Positions 50,867 to 61,758 of a stretch of 64,000 bases of DNA are shown here, in pieces. A program made the position numbers and the translations under genes. The first letter of the stretch is position 1. Every line of letters starts with the position of its first letter. The notes below the pieces were generated by a model, which was given only the letters and a program-made list of their open reading frames with translations, was not told the origin of the DNA and made no database searches. The stretch is from Candidatus Omnitrophota bacterium (GTDB lineage: Bacteria; Omnitrophota; Gorgyraeia; Zapsychrales; JAHFFX01): positions 6,934 through 70,933 of the forward strand of contig JAHFFY010000007.1 in the NCBI GenBank assembly GCA_023247705.1, written 5' to 3'.

Positions 50867-51787
50867 ATGTCCTACGCAATGAAATATTTCAACAATTTAG
50901 GCGATCTCTTAAAAGAATACAGAGAACTTTTCTCTCTGAATCAGGAAGATTTTGCGGAACAGCTAGACACCAATCTTAAAACTTATCAACGGTGGGAACG
51001 GAACGAACACCCCGCCAAAGAAGAAAACCTTTTTAAGATCTCTCAAATCACCTGGATCCCTTTGCACGTGACGAAAACCGTCAACGCCGGGATGCCCATC
51101 TATTATTCAGTCAAGAAACGCAAATGGTCACCGACAAAATTAGAAAGCAAAAAATACTTTTTCCCCGAACTCCTCACTCCAACCCCTCCGGATGATGATG
51201 GATTATTTATTCGATTTGCTCCATTAGATTCCGAGGAAGTTATAAAACTGGTTAAAGAATCGGACCGCAATATTTATCCGTCCCAAAATTCTTTTCGCAT
51301 CGACACCGCTTACCGCGCCCATCAAATCGCTCCTGAATTGAATTTTGTCGTCTATGATCTGGCGGATCTGGTGGTGGGGCATCAGGTGTGTCTTCCTTTG
51401 TCTCAAACGACCTATGCCAAAATCAAAAACGGACAGATGGCCGAGGGGGATATTCTACCCAAAGATATTTTTAATGCGCTTGTTTTGAGACTGGGGGTTT
51501 TGTATTTCTGCGCGGGGAGGGGAGCCTCCGCGTCCATTCAGCATAATATCATTTCCAAAAATGTTCACATCTTGCTTAAATACTGGATGCAATATTTAAG
51601 GAACATCAATCTCACACTGGCCGCTCATGTCATGAACGTGGACGGCTATGAAGTGTGCAAAAATTTAGGGATGCAGCTCGTCTTCGAAGACCGTCAAGAA
51701 TTTCAAGCCATCGAAACCGAACTTCCTCCCGCCATCTTTGAAGCCCGCATCAAAGATCTGGCCAAAAGTCTGTTTAATTTGGAATAA
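50867..51787 (+). CDS. XRE-type helix-turn-helix transcriptional regulator with a C-terminal domain of unknown function
   Basis: N-terminal LFSLNQEDFAEQLDTNLKTYQRWERNEH HTH; 306 aa. Confidence 0.55.
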   Translation: MSYAMKYFNNLGDLLKEYRELFSLNQEDFAEQLDTNLKTYQRWERNEHPAKEENLFKISQITWIPLHVTKTVNAGMPIYYSVKKRKWSPTKLESKKYFFPELLTPTPPDDDGLFIRFAPLDSEEVIKLVKESDRNIYPSQNSFRIDTAYRAHQIAPELNFVVYDLADLVVGHQVCLPLSQTTYAKIKNGQMAEGDILPKDIFNALVLRLGVLYFCAGRGASASIQHNIISKNVHILLKYWMQYLRNINLTLAAHVMNVDGYEVCKNLGMQLVFEDRQEFQAIETELPPAIFEARIKDLAKSLFNLE

Positions 51788-51899
51788 AAATGAATTGGAA
51801 GGATGAAATAAAGCTCTAATACTTTTTCATTTTTTTTAAATAGTTGATTTCCTTCAAAGGATAGAGGGATCAATTATTAAAAACGGATTTGACAAAGTA

Positions 51900-53810
51900 T
51901 TAATCTTCATCCCTCGAAGCCTCCAAGTATTCCCACCTTTGATAACCGCGAAAGATCTCGTCTTCCAGGGCCTCCAACCTGGCCTTGGTTTGCGCGACTT
52001 CTTTAGGATCTCTTTGATAGAAGGAAATATCGGAGAGGATGGCGTAAAGCTTTTCTTGTTCCTGCTCGAGCTTTTCAATCTGAGCAGGGAGTTTTTCTAA
52101 TTCCCGCTCTTCTTTAAAAGAAAGTTTGCGCCGGATCGGTTCTTTTAATTCAGGCGTTTGATCCTTTTGGGATTTTGGATTATTTTTTTCTTTCGGTTTG
52201 ATTGGAGAAACGACTGGTTTACGCTGACTCAACCAGTCGTCATATCCGCCGGGATATTCATTGATCACACCTTCGCCTTCCAGGACTATGGTACTCGTAA
52301 CAACGTTATTCAAAAAAGTCCGGTCGTGGCTCACCAAAAGCAGCGTTCCGGAATATTCCAGAAGCAATTCTTCCAGGAGTTCCAGGGTCTCGATATCAAG
52401 ATCGTTAGTCGGTTCGTCCATGACGAGGAGATTAAACGGTTTCGTAAAAAGTCGTGCCAGGAAAAGACGGTTACGTTCTCCGCCGGAAAGAACCTTGACC
52501 GGGGTCCGGGCGCGTTCGGGAGAAAAAAGAAAATCCTGTAAGTAACCGATAATATGCCGGGATTTGCCGTTGATCGTGATGGTGTCGTTTAAACCGCAGA
52601 TATTCTCAATCACCGACTTCTCTTCTTCCAGTTGTTCGCGCAGTTGATCATAATAGGCGATCGTGCAATTTGTTCCCAGTCGTACTTTGCCTTTTTGCGG
52701 CGCAAGTTGTCCTAAAAGGATGCGCAGCAAGGTCGTTTTGCCCGAACCGTTCGGTCCGATCACGCCGATCTTATCCCCGCGCATGACCTGGGTCGAAAAA
52801 TCACGGATCAAACAATGTTCGCCGTAACTGTATCCTAAGGAAGACGCCTTAATCACCAAATGCCCCGACGGCCCGCTCTCCTGGGCCCGCATACGGACTT
52901 GACCGATCATTTGACGCTGGGCCTTTTTTTCTTCGCGCATCCGCTCCAACGCTTTGACGCGGCCTTCATTACGCGCCCGACGGGCTTTGATCCCTTGCCG
53001 GATCCAAATTTCCTCCTGGGCGATTTTCTTTTCGAAATCGGCCCGCTGGGCCGCCTCGTTTTCCAGCGCCATTTGTTTGCGTTCCAGAAATGTTTTATAG
53101 TCGCAGGACCAACTAAAAATTTTTCCGCGGTCCAATTCGATGATCCTGGTCGCTAAATGGGTCATAAACATCCGGTCGTGCGTGACAAAAAAAAGCGTCC
53201 CCGGGAAATCACGCAAGAATGCCTCGAGCCAATCGATGGATTCAATATCGAGATGGTTCGTTGGTTCATCCAGCAACAGAATGTTCGGCTGCAAAATCAA
53301 GGCCCGGCCCAAAAGGCAACGGCGTTTTTGTCCACCGGAGAGTTGTTCAAAATTGGCTTCCGGATCAAGTTTCATCTTGGAAATAAAATACTCAACCTGA
53401 CTATTGATCTCCCAGCCGTTGGTGTGGTCAAGTGCGGATTGAAGACGATCAAGTTCCTGCATCAGTTCCGGGGTGTGTTCCGTGTGCAGGCACTGGCTGA
53501 TATGATGATATTCGCTTAACAATTGAGCGCGGTTGCCTAACCCGGACAAAACGATATCAAAGACGCTACCCTGGATATCCAAAGGAATCTCCTGCGGCAG
53601 ATGCGTTACCTGAATCCCTTTTTGAACAATGATTTCTCCGCCGTCGATTCCTAATTGACCGGTGAGAATTTTCATCAAGGTCGTTTTTCCAACGCCATTG
53701 CGGCCAAGCAAGGCGACCCGTTCGCCGGGTTCCAAATGCAAACTTAAACGATCAAAAATAAGCGGCCCGCCGAAGGCCACCGTAATTTCCTGTAGACTGA
53801 TCAGTGCCAT
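51900..53810 (-). CDS. ABC-F family ATPase (Uup/EttA-like, no TM domains)
   Basis: two ABC cassettes (Walker A GRNGVGKTT and GPNGSGKTT; signatures LSGGQKRR and LSGGERNR) joined by a charged linker; 636 aa. Confidence 0.9.
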   Translation of the reverse strand: MALISLQEITVAFGGPLIFDRLSLHLEPGERVALLGRNGVGKTTLMKILTGQLGIDGGEIIVQKGIQVTHLPQEIPLDIQGSVFDIVLSGLGNRAQLLSEYHHISQCLHTEHTPELMQELDRLQSALDHTNGWEINSQVEYFISKMKLDPEANFEQLSGGQKRRCLLGRALILQPNILLLDEPTNHLDIESIDWLEAFLRDFPGTLFFVTHDRMFMTHLATRIIELDRGKIFSWSCDYKTFLERKQMALENEAAQRADFEKKIAQEEIWIRQGIKARRARNEGRVKALERMREEKKAQRQMIGQVRMRAQESGPSGHLVIKASSLGYSYGEHCLIRDFSTQVMRGDKIGVIGPNGSGKTTLLRILLGQLAPQKGKVRLGTNCTIAYYDQLREQLEEEKSVIENICGLNDTITINGKSRHIIGYLQDFLFSPERARTPVKVLSGGERNRLFLARLFTKPFNLLVMDEPTNDLDIETLELLEELLLEYSGTLLLVSHDRTFLNNVVTSTIVLEGEGVINEYPGGYDDWLSQRKPVVSPIKPKEKNNPKSQKDQTPELKEPIRRKLSFKEERELEKLPAQIEKLEQEQEKLYAILSDISFYQRDPKEVAQTKARLEALEDEIFRGYQRWEYLEASRDED

Positions 53811-53829
53811 AGGATCTCAAAAATTGGGC

Positions 53830-53926
53830 TTATTGAGCTTCTTTCTACTAAACGAAACTCTAAATCTCTCACCAACGTCGGTATCGCCAGCGAGAGATTT
53901 AGAGTTGGAAAGGAAAAGCTCAATAA
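53830..53926. repeat. ~100-bp nested palindromic intergenic repeat (copy C)
   Basis: near-identical to copy A; lies upstream of the ABC-F gene; ORF 53817..54053 overlapping it is likely spurious. Confidence 0.7.
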
Positions 53927-53985
53927 CATGGATATAATTTCGCATAGGACGAATTGAACATATTCGGTTTTGAACATTTTGAAAA

Positions 53986-54348
53986 TTACTGGGGAAGAAT
54001 CTCGTTTCTCTCGGGAAATTCATAAACGGTCGCGGCTGATTTTTCTTTTGCACCCTCTGTGTCTGTGGATACCTTCACCGTTTTAGGTTGCTGTGTCACA
54101 GGCGCCAAAGGATCATTGGCCGGATCAATGACCGGGATGCCGGGAGTACTTTCGGGTGTAGATTGAGCGACCGCCCCTGATGGCGACGCGCTATTGTCAT
54201 TCGTCGATTGATCTTTAGCTGCATCAATCTGTTGATTAAGCCAATGATTCATCCCATAGACTAAAGCAAACATGACGATGACGACACCCAACAAAAAATA
54301 ATTCTTTGTATTTCCACGATTATCCATTATCTGTTTCCCTCCTGCCAA
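53986..54348 (-). CDS. membrane-anchored hypothetical protein (pilus-cluster associated)
   Basis: 120 aa with one TM segment and a Pro/Thr-rich periplasmic tail. Confidence 0.35.
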   Translation of the reverse strand: MAGGKQIMDNRGNTKNYFLLGVVIVMFALVYGMNHWLNQQIDAAKDQSTNDNSASPSGAVAQSTPESTPGIPVIDPANDPLAPVTQQPKTVKVSTDTEGAKEKSAATVYEFPERNEILPQ

Positions 54349-56063
54349 ACGAGTTTATCGGTAATATCATTGGTAAAAGCGATAAATGTATTTAAGGATG
54401 GGAAATAGGGAGGAACTTTTCCCTGTTCCATACGATGATCATAAACAAAATTGCGGCCGTACCCGGAAAGCCATTGTCCGGTCGACCCGTTAAAAAGACC
54501 AAAAGCACCGTAGTTGTTGGTAATTGATCCACCCAAGAGCGTTGCCGTACCGCGCGCGCCAACCCCTTGATCGTCATAGTTATCAACGGTAAGAATACCG
54601 TTCTGAGCCATAACCGTCCCATGAATTTCGACATTATTGGGCGCAGGTGTCCCGATACGGACATTTCCATTCCAAGAAACAAGTCCTAAAACGTTGGTAT
54701 AAGCTTGTCCATTGGCGTCATATACCGAGGGAGGAATATAACCTGCTTGACCGGAAGTTCCGGAACCAGGGGTATAATCTGTGTATTTAACATTATTCGT
54801 AATCACTATATCACTATGACTAGCTACCGTTAATTCTGTATCCTCTTGAACTGTTCCGGAAAAACTGTTGATTTTTCCATCCACATAGATGATGTCTCCG
54901 GATCCATCGGTGCCATTGGGCTGCCCCGTATAGGTTGTGGTGGCGCCACTCTGATCCAGGACGGTCGTTTGATTCGCGTTTCGATTAACCGTAATTGTTT
55001 TGGTGCTACTTCCTAAAGAGATCGCATATACAGCTTGATTTTGATTATTTACAGAAATAGTCACGGAAGCACCGCTGTTATTTTGATCCCGGACATAAAC
55101 CCCGCCGTTCAAAGTCGATCCTTGTGTGGGAAGATAAATTCCATCATTCCTATAATTACTATTTCCTTTCACTTGAGAAATCATATCTGTCTCTTGTGTC
55201 GCTGAATTCAATGTAATCTGTGAAACATTACGACTAAAACTATCATGAAAAATAGGGACATCTTTCACCCCATTTGCATTTGCATCAAGGAGGATCGCAC
55301 TGCCATTATTGTAAAAACGGGTGGTTTGCTGATATTGAGAGATCAATTCTTCAAAAGTGCCGCTGGGATTCAAAGCAAAATTAAATCGGTCATTGCTATG
55401 GACCGGACCCGAAAAATTGGTTTTATCGGTAAACCAGACATTGGTTCCACTTGGAGTCTGCTGGTTATTGGTGAATAAAGCAAATTTGGCAAAATTATCC
55501 TTCTGAAGACGAACAGTAAAATCTCCCCAAACAACAACTTGACTGCTTAGACTTCCATTTGTCCCGGTAGATTCTATTCGATAAGAATATGGGAAATCCC
55601 AGGCATTGGACCCGACTGCGCTAGGGTCCTCTTTTTCCATAAAGATGATGTTATAAGAATAATTTATATTTCCTAAAGAGCCGCTGGCGGTATAGCTGCC
55701 TTCTTCCCCATTTTGCGCGAGAACAGGAACATTATTATTGCGCACCGCATAAACTAACCACCCGATCCCATCCCCAGAAGCTACTTTACCTTGAGCGTAA
55801 CCAATAACGCCATTAGGGTCAGCAATAGAAATTGTTGTTTGTAAATAATTATTAATCAAGACATCCAATTGTTCAATAGCGGCCTGGGATCCACCGTGGG
55901 CGGCATAAAATGTTTTAGACTGTTCGCGTTCATTGTTGGCAATACGATTCTCATGAATGGAATTTAAAACAAAAATACCCTGGAGCGCCATAAGGATGAC
56001 AACAAAAAACATGGTGAAAACCAAGGCCACTCCTCTTTCATTATTCAATCTCATATCCATCAC
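54327..56063 (-). CDS. type IV pilus assembly protein, PilX-like N-terminus, large minor-pilin-associated protein
   Basis: 578 aa; N-terminus MRLNNERGVALVFTMFFVVILMALQG resembles the PilX_N motif; ATGA overlap with the upstream pilin gene. Confidence 0.5.
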   Translation of the reverse strand: MMDMRLNNERGVALVFTMFFVVILMALQGIFVLNSIHENRIANNEREQSKTFYAAHGGSQAAIEQLDVLINNYLQTTISIADPNGVIGYAQGKVASGDGIGWLVYAVRNNNVPVLAQNGEEGSYTASGSLGNINYSYNIIFMEKEDPSAVGSNAWDFPYSYRIESTGTNGSLSSQVVVWGDFTVRLQKDNFAKFALFTNNQQTPSGTNVWFTDKTNFSGPVHSNDRFNFALNPSGTFEELISQYQQTTRFYNNGSAILLDANANGVKDVPIFHDSFSRNVSQITLNSATQETDMISQVKGNSNYRNDGIYLPTQGSTLNGGVYVRDQNNSGASVTISVNNQNQAVYAISLGSSTKTITVNRNANQTTVLDQSGATTTYTGQPNGTDGSGDIIYVDGKINSFSGTVQEDTELTVASHSDIVITNNVKYTDYTPGSGTSGQAGYIPPSVYDANGQAYTNVLGLVSWNGNVRIGTPAPNNVEIHGTVMAQNGILTVDNYDDQGVGARGTATLLGGSITNNYGAFGLFNGSTGQWLSGYGRNFVYDHRMEQGKVPPYFPSLNTFIAFTNDITDKLVWQEGNR

Positions 56064-56845
56064 CCTCGATTTCTTAACATCACATCCATACTATTGGAAA
56101 TCGATATTGTCCGTCTTGGCACCGCGATCTCGCTTAACTTCACCGCCACCGTCACTTCCGTCTGCCCCCCATTAATACTAGCCTGGAAGTCTGTGAGGTG
56201 TTGCGCAAATATAGACGAGCTAACGACCGCGTTATTTGTGTCTAACACTCGGCGCAATAGCTGCCCGCTATTATCCATTACATACTCGATCGTCCTATTC
56301 GTATAGGTATTCGGATCGCAACTTCCGCACGCCCCGAGATAATCCCCGTGCGCCAAATGCGCCTTGACACTGGGGGCCCCCAAATTCATGGTGTGGGGAT
56401 TATTGGGATTTGCCGGAGGATAATGACATAAATCTACTTTTCCATTACTGTCCGTAGGATAATTCGTACTGCACCCCGCCTGCCCCCATGTCAACGGTGC
56501 TCCCCACCGGCTCACATTTCCGTTACTATCCATCGGACTGATGCCGCAAAGACACAACGGAACCGAAAATCGTAATACGTCCGTCCCATTTACTCCCGTT
56601 CCATCTAATATACTCACCTTCATATTCCCGGCACTATCTCTTCCCGATTCCTGTAATTCAATGGAAATCCGCTGCAACACCCGTAAAGAATTCTCCAACA
56701 ACTCAGAACGCGCATAGGTTAATGAAAATGTATTCTGTCCAGCGACAAACACCATGGATCCAGCCAGGAGTACAATCGACATCAAACCCACCATGACCAT
56801 CATCTCGACCAACCCGACTCCTCGTTTAAAATTTAAAACATTCAT
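56060..56845 (-). CDS. prepilin-type N-terminal cleavage/methylation-domain minor pilin (PilW-like)
   Basis: probable start MNVLNFKRGVGLVEMMVMVGLMSIVLLAG (56845); the ORF track extends to 56935. Confidence 0.55.
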   Translation of the reverse strand: MNVLNFKRGVGLVEMMVMVGLMSIVLLAGSMVFVAGQNTFSLTYARSELLENSLRVLQRISIELQESGRDSAGNMKVSILDGTGVNGTDVLRFSVPLCLCGISPMDSNGNVSRWGAPLTWGQAGCSTNYPTDSNGKVDLCHYPPANPNNPHTMNLGAPSVKAHLAHGDYLGACGSCDPNTYTNRTIEYVMDNSGQLLRRVLDTNNAVVSSSIFAQHLTDFQASINGGQTEVTVAVKLSEIAVPRRTISISNSMDVMLRNRG

Positions 56846-56858
56846 TCTCTTAGCTTCC

Positions 56859-57320
56859 TCACATGTTATAAATCTGCGTCGCCATTCCAACGATCGAATC
56901 GATCTGCCCATTCCCGTTCGCATCCTCTCCCCCATTCAACGTCCCATTCAAATTTTCATCCTCTCCAATCACCCGCGCGTTTCGTTCCCGCCAACAAAAT
57001 GAAATCGTCACTGTCACATGATTCGGATTGCTATTGTCCACATACGTCTTGCCCATCCCGGTCAATCCCGCAATCGTAAAGGTCGTATTGTTATAGGTAT
57101 TATAAATCTGATTAAACGCAGTATTCTCTATCGTGGTTATTCGATTCTTCACTCCCCACACGGCTAACGAAGAATTTTTGGCGATATCGCTCAATTCCAC
57201 ACATTTGATAAACGTCTGCATGCCCAATGTGAACAACGGAAGCAAAATAAGAACAGAAATAAGCACCTCCACGATGGTTAATCCTTTTTGCCCCTTCAAT
57301 TTTTGATGATAATGTCTCAT
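56859..57320 (-). CDS. prepilin-type minor pilin (PilV/GspH-like)
   Basis: QKGLTIVEVLISVLILLPLFTL class III signal peptide / methylation motif. Confidence 0.55.
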   Translation of the reverse strand: MRHYHQKLKGQKGLTIVEVLISVLILLPLFTLGMQTFIKCVELSDIAKNSSLAVWGVKNRITTIENTAFNQIYNTYNNTTFTIAGLTGMGKTYVDNSNPNHVTVTISFCWRERNARVIGEDENLNGTLNGGEDANGNGQIDSIVGMATQIYNM

Positions 57321-57864
57321 AATTGCAGCTATTCCTTTTAAGATCTATCTTGGATTGCTAATTCTGTGAAAGATATTAACAGTCCAAAAGGATAATTAAA
57401 CACTGGCCATGATTTTATCATCATTCCAATTGATCTTTATTTTTCGTCTTTATTTTCTCAAATATTTCCTAACTTATATAATTAAACAAATTACGAAACA
57501 ATCCCATCATGACTAGTACAATCTAGGACTGTCCTACTTACTGAAAGCTTAGCATGGATCTTTCAGAAGGCAAATGAATTCTGATCTGTTCATAAGATAT
57601 TACAATTATTACACTTGCAACAGATTAATAAGATCCCCTCAAATAACCAATGACTTGAAGTTTTACTATGGAAAAAACGAGCCATAGACCAAACCCAATC
57701 CTTGAGAAATGCAAGAGAATTGCCATCAAATAAAAAAATTCATCATAAAAATCCTCTTACGTGATTTCTTCCAGTATAATAATTATTACATATAAACTTT
57801 TTTAATTTAGTTTCCATTCCGGGCATCCTTTTGCTATATAAAGATCAAAACATTTCTATATCTA

Positions 57865-59448
57865 ATGAAATTATTCTTTCCCAAACATATTTTTTTGATC
57901 CTGAAGATCGTTTTTTCTTTCTTTCTCCTCTTCTTTCTTATCAAACTCATCCTCTACCACTATCATCTGATTATTGATCCCTTCCAAGCCGAATACCGCG
58001 AAGGGGCTTCAATCACAATGACCAGCGCCTTGATCAAAGGGCTGAATCCTTACGCCTTAGAAAATCAACCGCAGTACACCAATGATTATGGCATCCTTTA
58101 CTCCCTCTTTGTTTATCCCTTCGCAAAATGCTTTGGTGTCACACTCCTCGTCCACCGCTGGGTCAACGCATTTTTGATTGGATTATCATGCCTGTTCCTG
58201 ATCTTTGTCATGCAACGATTAGAAATTCCATTGTTATTAAGTTTAAGCGGCGCACTTCTTTTTTACGCCTCTCTATTATTCCCCCGGACCACCACCGCCT
58301 GCGCGACGCCATCGCCGCTCGGTGTACTTCTATTTCTGTTAAGCGTCTTCTTACCTTGGCTTGATCGATATTCCTGGAGAAGTATTTTCTGGAGTGTCTT
58401 TCTAGGACTCCTCGCTTATTTCACAAAACCTTATTTCATCCTTTGTATTCCATTAATCGGAAGTTATATATTCTTTTTTGTTTCCAAAAAGAAAGGTCTA
58501 TGGATCGCCGGGTTGTCGCTTTTGTTCTTTGTTTTAAGCCTGTTTGCCGCAGGGAAAATCTTTGAGTGTTATTTCAACAATTGTTATTTTATCCACACCA
58601 ACGCAACCCCGTTGTCTCCAGAACACTTAAACCGGCAAATCGATTGGTACCTCAAATTACATAAACCTTTGTTGATGCTATTGGTGGCTGGACTCGCAGC
58701 GATCTTTTTTAGAAATCTAAAAAACGGTGCACAAACCATCCGACCTCTCGGAAAAGCATTAAAGGAATTCTTGTCAAAAATACATATCAATCAATTCGAT
58801 CGGCCCCTGATTGATCTTCCTTGTCCGTTAACGTTCTATTGCGCCGTGATTGTATGGATCGTCTTGATATTATCGCTGGGAAAACACATCGGCGCTTTGC
58901 TATGGTACTTTTTCCATCTCTTGTCGCCGTTTCTCATCGTTTACGCGCTGTGGATCCTCAGCCGTTTTTCTTTCTGGCCGATCGGCGTTCTGCCGTTTTT
59001 GGTGTGGAACTTGTCCGTCATTACGGTCGATCACGATTACCAACGGTTAACCGCCGATACGGCCGTGTGGAGTGAACTCAAAAAACAGATTTCCAACTAT
59101 AACAACATCCTCAATTCACCGATCGTCGCGGCTTTCTTGGTTGAACAGAATAAACCCATCTTCGATAACGGATTGTCAGAATATTTCAAAATCGGCGGTT
59201 ATCGTTATTCGTTCAACAAGCGATTTTTCAAACCGGATGGCCGGATCATTCACCGTTACTATCAATATCTGAATGAAATCAAGCAGATGGTCAGAACGAA
59301 ACAATTTGATTTAATTTTACTGACGGAAGGTTATGCCCCTTTTGCACCGGTGGAACTGCCGAATTATTATCAATACTTAGGAACAGTCAAGCTGTCTCTC
59401 CCGCATTGTTTTCTGGATTTCAACGTTACAATTTGGCAATCCAAATAA
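57865..59448 (+). CDS. large polytopic membrane protein, possible GT-C-type glycosyltransferase
   Basis: 527 aa with more than 10 TM segments; divergent from the pilin cluster across a 540-bp AT-rich intergenic region. Confidence 0.4.
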   Translation: MKLFFPKHIFLILKIVFSFFLLFFLIKLILYHYHLIIDPFQAEYREGASITMTSALIKGLNPYALENQPQYTNDYGILYSLFVYPFAKCFGVTLLVHRWVNAFLIGLSCLFLIFVMQRLEIPLLLSLSGALLFYASLLFPRTTTACATPSPLGVLLFLLSVFLPWLDRYSWRSIFWSVFLGLLAYFTKPYFILCIPLIGSYIFFFVSKKKGLWIAGLSLLFFVLSLFAAGKIFECYFNNCYFIHTNATPLSPEHLNRQIDWYLKLHKPLLMLLVAGLAAIFFRNLKNGAQTIRPLGKALKEFLSKIHINQFDRPLIDLPCPLTFYCAVIVWIVLILSLGKHIGALLWYFFHLLSPFLIVYALWILSRFSFWPIGVLPFLVWNLSVITVDHDYQRLTADTAVWSELKKQISNYNNILNSPIVAAFLVEQNKPIFDNGLSEYFKIGGYRYSFNKRFFKPDGRIIHRYYQYLNEIKQMVRTKQFDLILLTEGYAPFAPVELPNYYQYLGTVKLSLPHCFLDFNVTIWQSK

Positions 59449-59484
59449 AAATCCGGTGGCATCTCTGCCAGGACAACAGCCACA

Positions 59485-59918
59485 TCAATAACTGTCTTGC
59501 GTAATCTCCACTTTGCCCCTGAAGACCCAATAAATCACAATCGTGTAAGCCAGGACCCCAAGACAGCAATATTAAGCATATAGTTTAAAAATTTTGGAGA
59601 CGAAACGGAATTATAAATCGTGAGACTGTACTGCGGATCAGGATTGGAAGGAACGATGTTCGGAAAAAGACCAATGCCGCACAGAAACAACAGTGCAAGC
59701 ATGGCCACGCACGATGACAATAAGGCCAGCAAATCACGGCCATGATAAATTTCACGCGGAATATTCGCGATCGACAGCATATTAATCAAAGGGATGATGA
59801 ATAAAACCGGATACAGCACAACTAAAAGGATGCCCAGCCCGATGCTTAAGGGAGGATAGATATAATGAAAAGCGATCGTTATGGCAAATTGTATACGGGA
59901 TAAAAACAAAACATCCAT
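59485..59918 (-). pseudogene. cydAB: cytochrome bd oxidase remnant: cydA N-terminus fused to cydB C-terminus (internal deletion), with a 3' frameshift
   Basis: [32 protein letters not shown] matches the CydA N-terminus; ...[31 protein letters not shown] matches the CydB C-terminus (FPFV.PSS...SLT.WDATSS..LNVMT); after a G4 run the alternate frame gives [21 protein letters not shown] (CydB LYTAWCYWKMFGRITKEDIE). Confidence 0.6.
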
Positions 59919-60470
59919 CAGACGCTCCTGATTTTGTAAAAATCTTTTCTACCAAATAACAATTGAGAAATATATTACTATAAATCGATTCTTTTAAAAT
60001 CAAAAATATTATTTTGGACGGATTACTGTAAACTGTCAATCTGCAAGAAATAATCATAATTGAGTTTATTCAAGATATTCATGATGTTGAGATCAGTGGG
60101 GGCCAAGACAGAAAAATATTTGCTTTGTCCGAGAAAGACCAGTTTCTCCTCCAGAGCCTGACTTAACACGGGAACAATCGCAAGGATCAAAAGCGCAAGA
60201 ATTAGACAAAAATATTTACGCATTTATATTTTAAAATAATTCATATTGCTCTGACGCTCTTATGAATTAAAAAATAGGTTATTATACTAACAACTGAATT
60301 GAACTCCAATAAAAAGGAAAAAATTTCTGGCAAAAGAAGGAGATTAAAAAAGGATGCAATAGAATTAAATTTTCTGAAGATTTTCTTAAAATCAGGAGAG
60401 GAACGTCAGCATTCTCAGCGGAATAGGAATTTAATGCACACACCTATAACATCTCAAGACAAATTCATTC

Positions 60471-60926
60471 TTAAAGAAATTCAATTTTAATCTGAAGAAC
60501 ACCTTCTCGCGCGTCACTTAGTTGTTCAAAAGCCGCGTGGGTCAGATCAACGATCCTGCCTTCGCGGACATGCCGTTCATGCGGGCCGCGGTCATTTACG
60601 CGCAGAATCACCGACCGGCCGTTTTGTAAATTCGTGACTTTAATCCTGCGATCAAACGCAACCCCCCACATCGCACAGGTCATCGCCCGGTCGTTAAAAA
60701 CCTCGTTATTAGCGGTTCGTCTTTTAATCCCGGGGGATTGTTTCGAATACCAAGAAGCTAAGCCGAACATCGAATACCTTCCGTTGATTTCTCTAATAAG
60801 GGGCGGGTGATAATAGGCGTATAAGTTATTGGCCTCCGCCTGTCTGGTTTTATCTCCGCTGCGTAAAACAATCGCAGCCAGAAGGAGAGCCACCACAATC
60901 ATTTTTGAGCCAAATTGATTTGTCAT
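60471..60926 (-). CDS. rlpA: septal ring lytic transglycosylase RlpA-family protein (DPBB domain)
   Basis: ASWYS...TANNEVFNDRAMTCAM...VTNLQNGRSVILRVNDRGP...RIVDLTHAAF DPBB signature; signal peptide. Confidence 0.85.
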   Translation of the reverse strand: MTNQFGSKMIVVALLLAAIVLRSGDKTRQAEANNLYAYYHPPLIREINGRYSMFGLASWYSKQSPGIKRRTANNEVFNDRAMTCAMWGVAFDRRIKVTNLQNGRSVILRVNDRGPHERHVREGRIVDLTHAAFEQLSDAREGVLQIKIEFL

Positions 60927-61091
60927 TGGATTATTTTTTGACTGATCATAGTTTGAAAAAACATCATAGCTTAAAGTTAAGCCATTTGTATTATATGAAA
61001 ATATCCAATTTAGTCAACCTTCTTGGTAGGGCGCTGGGATGGCAAGGCTAAACAGAGATCGGATTGGGGGTGATTTTAAAAAATTTCATGA

Positions 61092-61490
61092 TTACTGCGG
61101 ATTGATTTTACAGATAACTCGGTTGATCGCTTTGAGCAGGTCTTCAGGTTCGAATGGTTTTGCGACCGCGTGGAAATAGGCATTATCGACCTTGACACTT
61201 AAAGTTTCCGAATCGGCTTCCTCTTTCGTCAGAATCGCGGTCAGAAAGAGGACCGGAATATTTTTCATTTTTAGCTCGGATCTAAGAATTTTGATGGCCT
61301 GCGTTCCATCCATGTCGGGCAGGAGGATGTCCATGATAATCAGATCAGGCACGACATGTTTGACTTGGGAAATGGCTTCTTCGCCGTTTTGGGCTTTAAG
61401 AACTTCGTATCCTTCCGATGTCAATTCCATTTCAAGCATCGTAAGAATAGCTTCTTCGTCATCGACTATTAATACCTTTGCCGTTCCCAT
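61092..61490 (-). CDS. orphan single-domain response regulator (receiver)
   Basis: VLIVDDEEAILTMLE...DLIIMDILLPDMDG receiver motifs; 132 aa. Confidence 0.8.
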   Translation of the reverse strand: MGTAKVLIVDDEEAILTMLEMELTSEGYEVLKAQNGEEAISQVKHVVPDLIIMDILLPDMDGTQAIKILRSELKMKNIPVLFLTAILTKEEADSETLSVKVDNAYFHAVAKPFEPEDLLKAINRVICKINPQ

Positions 61491-61758
61491 TGTATGCTCG
61501 CTTTCTTATCAAAATACATCTTTGATAACAGCGTAACTGGATTGTTGCTTAGAGTTACAAAATCCAGCCGTGAAAACAAGTATTGCCTGGGATCTCCTAT
61601 TAACGCATTCAGGCTATATCTAATAATACTAAATTAGGCCCGTTCTTTAAACTTACGTTTTACTTTATATTTTAAAGCAAAAGTATCTGGTTCAAGTATA
61701 TACTATTTTCTTAAATTACGGTGGGAATAAATTGACAATTCCGGGAGAAAAAAACAAC

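Noticed and set aside
53817-54053. 78-aa ORF overlapping palindromic repeat copy C
   Set aside because: It is generated by the repeat sequence itself, and an equivalent ORF is absent at the other copies.
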